Origin: an uncultured archaeon
GTDB lineage: Archaea; Asgardarchaeota; Jordiarchaeia; Jordiarchaeales; Jordiarchaeaceae
Length of the DNA: 18,251 nucleotides
Direction of reading: 5' to 3'
NCBI GenBank assembly: GCA_964510585.1
Contig: CAZECW010000122.1
Location: 1-18,251 of the forward strand
Made by a program: the position numbers and the translations under genes. Every line of letters begins with the position of its first letter. Position 1 is the stretch's first letter. Positions 16,117-18,251 of this stretch are shown here, one piece after another. The notes beneath the pieces were generated by a model. That model saw only the letters and a list, made by a program, of their open reading frames with translations, searched no databases and was not told the origin of the DNA.

Positions 16117-17433
16117 CTAGAAATATTCTTGGAATTGTTGAGTGGTGATTTTGTTACTTTTTATTATGTCTCGGTAGAGGTAGGCGCTGGGGCGTGGTTT
16201 TCTTTCCAGCGTTTCATAGTTTACTTCTACTAGTCCAAACCTCATAGAATAGCCGAAGCTCCATTCAAAGTTGTCCATTAGTGACCAGTAAATGTATCCT
16301 TTCAAGTTTACTCCTTCTCGAATCGCTTTGTGGACAATTTTTAGGTGGGTTAGAATGTATCGGCATCTCTGGCTGTCGTCTTTGGTGGCTATTCCATTCT
16401 CAGTCACATAGACAGGTTTTCCATACCTTTTAACAGATATGAGCTGTTTATATAGTCCCTCGGGATAAACTTCATACATGTCTGTGGTTTCCCCAACACG
16501 TGACATCATCAGCTCCAGAACTTTAGGGTCGCTAAGTCTTGGTGTGACTTGAGTTCGGGTATAGTAGTTAACCCCAATAAAGTCCCAGGAACCTCTGAGG
16601 TAATCCAGTTCTTCTCCTTTACCGAAAGGCTGCCTAATGATTCCAGTATGAATACCATCAAGGAACCATCTATTAGTCAACTCATCCAGTCTATTTGCTT
16701 CATCCACGTCCTCCTTCACTTTGGGATCCACTGGGTCATAGTACATCATCTGCTTAACTATACCGACTTGAGGCTTGACTTTGAATCCCATATCTTTGAC
16801 AGTTTCATGTATTGCGTTGTAGCTTTTTCCATGGGCTAAAAGGAAGTGCCTTCCAGCCTTGTAAAACTCGTTCATATCGGTGTGGCAGGGAGGATGCACC
16901 CCCAGACCATAGCTGGCGTAGGCTACCCAAACTGGCTCATTTATCGTGTTATAAAAGGGTATAATGTCCCCCATTGTTTCAACTATTTTTCTCGTATAGC
17001 GTTCAAAGTATTCGACAGTCTTGGGATTCAGCCATGCACCTTTCTCCTCCAACCAGAGGGGATTGGTGAAGTGGTGCAGGGTAACCATGGGAATAATGTT
17101 TCTTTCCCTGAGGGCTTCAATCACTTTGCGGTAGTGTCCTATTTCCTTCTCGCTCCACACGCCCTCCTTGGGCTCAATGCGGCTCCACTCTATTGAAAAA
17201 CGGTGAACATTGTGTCCCAACTCCTTAACTAGGTTGAAATCTTGTTCATACAGGTTGTAATGGTCGCAGGCACGTCCAGAAACTGAGCCGTCACTTATGT
17301 GTCCACCTTCCTGTTCCCATACCCACCACTGGTTATTGGTGTTGTTGCCCTCAACCTGGTGGGCTGAGGTTGCAGCGCCCCAAAGAAAACCTTTGGGAAA
17401 TTTTATTTCCTTGTAATCAGACTTATTCTCCAT
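16117..17433 (-). CDS. Glycoside hydrolase family 1 beta-glycosidase, 438 aa, no signal peptide
   Basis: WGAATSAHQVEG, RFSIEWSRIEP, TINEP (acid/base), GVNYY, YVTENG (nucleophile) and WSLMDNFEW motifs. Confidence 0.96.
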   Translation of the reverse strand: MENKSDYKEIKFPKGFLWGAATSAHQVEGNNTNNQWWVWEQEGGHISDGSVSGRACDHYNLYEQDFNLVKELGHNVHRFSIEWSRIEPKEGVWSEKEIGHYRKVIEALRERNIIPMVTLHHFTNPLWLEEKGAWLNPKTVEYFERYTRKIVETMGDIIPFYNTINEPVWVAYASYGLGVHPPCHTDMNEFYKAGRHFLLAHGKSYNAIHETVKDMGFKVKPQVGIVKQMMYYDPVDPKVKEDVDEANRLDELTNRWFLDGIHTGIIRQPFGKGEELDYLRGSWDFIGVNYYTRTQVTPRLSDPKVLELMMSRVGETTDMYEVYPEGLYKQLISVKRYGKPVYVTENGIATKDDSQRCRYILTHLKIVHKAIREGVNLKGYIYWSLMDNFEWSFGYSMRFGLVEVNYETLERKPRPSAYLYRDIIKSNKITTQQFQEYF

Positions 17434-17860
17434 CTCGAAGCCACGCCTAATAGTTCAGTCCACAACAATATAATTTAGTCAACGTTAAATCTTATTGTTA
17501 AATTTTCCCGTCCCTTGTTATTTGGTGTAATAATTTTTGCTTCTTGTGGTTCGGTAAGCCAGCAGCTTTTGTAAGCTCCACGTTTGACCTGTTACTCCAA
17601 GTGGTATGGGGGGGTACTTGTCATCACCTTTTTTGCGTCCCACTGCTTTTGGGTTTCCTAGGGGAAATTTTTGGCACGGTTTTTATTTTTCTCGGAGGAG
17701 TAAATGCCTTTAGAGGGTGGTGTGTTTGGTTTCTCGTGAAGCGCCGGCTGGCTTTTTGACTCGGTGTTTTCTTCTTCCAAGCGGGGGGTTCTCGAGGTGA
17801 GCATTGATTTCATTCCATCAGTTTCTCGCAGTTGGAACACTCATCTCTTTATCCGTCCTT

Positions 17861-18021
17861 TTAGGGGTTGAGTCTGACAACTCTAACCCTTTTTCCGATC
17901 CAGTCTTTGGGGATCAGGATTCTGGCTGAGGTGGCGTAGAGCTCGGCCATTTCTCGGCGACTTGGCCCAGTATCCTGAGGCTATGGGTTCTTTTGCAACT
18001 GTTTTTTTCAGCCTTAACCAT
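17861..18021 (-). pseudogene. DUF2080-like (putative transposon-associated) small gene with an apparent 1-nt frameshift
   Basis: Frame from ATG 17950 gives MAELYATSARILIPKDWIGKRVRVVRLNP*, matching the SA.i.iPk.wiGk.V.v pattern. Frame from ATG 18021 gives MVKAEK...LRILGQVAEK. Total span 161 nt, one short of 54 codons. Confidence 0.6.
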
Positions 18022-18031
18022 ATTTCAATAA

Positions 18032-18043
18032 AAGTATATACTT
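18032..18043. promoter_or_regulatory. 12-bp palindrome AAGTATATACTT overlapping a TATA-like element upstream of the DUF2080-like gene
   Basis: Perfect palindrome 11-22 nt upstream of ATG 18021. Confidence 0.35.
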
Positions 18044-18251
18044 ACTATTCCAACAAAGAAAAATCAAAAAATTAAGTACATACAGGCAACTCTTCCTATA
18101 TTACTCATCAATTAAAAACACCATCCTTAACGGACACAGAATGTAGTTCGTGAAACATTTCTCTTGTTGATTAAAAATGCCCCAACTCCCATCCATCAAT
18201 TTTTTATGAGGATTACATAACGGTTTTTAGCCAGTCAGAGGGTTTGATATG

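Noticed and set aside
5979-17196. Remaining short antisense or alternate-frame ORFs inside the oxidase, 7722 gene, crotonase, MFS, dehydrogenases, NlpC/P60 and GH1 genes
   Set aside because: Fully overlap well-supported genes and lack independent evidence.
17544-17840. ORFs 17544-17759 (+) and 17658-17840 (-)
   Set aside because: Composition-driven low-complexity translations with no motifs or convincing RBS.
18236-18251. GAGGG followed by ATG at the last three bases
   Set aside because: May be a real gene start, but no coding sequence is visible to support it.

Overview
Archaeal-looking genomic DNA (TATA-type promoters, GGAGG/GGTGA ribosome-binding sites, HerA/NurA, T-tract terminators). 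Lineage cannot be fixed from the sequence alone. Left end (1-4964): a minus-strand nurA - herA - mre11/sbcD operon whose mre11 runs off the window edge, so a downstream rad50/sbcC is likely but unseen. The operon is unusual. HerA (748 aa) carries what looks like a complete extra HAS-barrel protein fused at its N-terminus, and NurA has a Cys/His-rich insert. The operon shares a 64-76 bp divergent promoter, containing a GTTACA-N7-TGTAAC inverted repeat, with a CARF-like (Csa3/DUF6293-like) winged-helix regulator. This regulated module is the best candidate for an undescribed system. Middle (5654-14624): FAD-linked oxidase flanked by an 18-bp near-perfect direct repeat, a Cys-rich hypothetical protein, enoyl-CoA hydratase, a small basic HTH protein, an MFS transporter and two tandem 404-aa 3-hydroxyacyl-CoA dehydrogenases. 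Right end: a secreted permuted NlpC/P60 (YiiX/YycO-like) cysteine hydrolase, a GH1 beta-glycosidase and a frameshifted DUF2080-like small gene not in the ORF track. The window also has strong, locally flipping A/C versus G/T strand skew at third codon positions. No tRNA, rRNA, CRISPR array or intact transposase was found. All family calls come from motif recognition by eye, not database searches.
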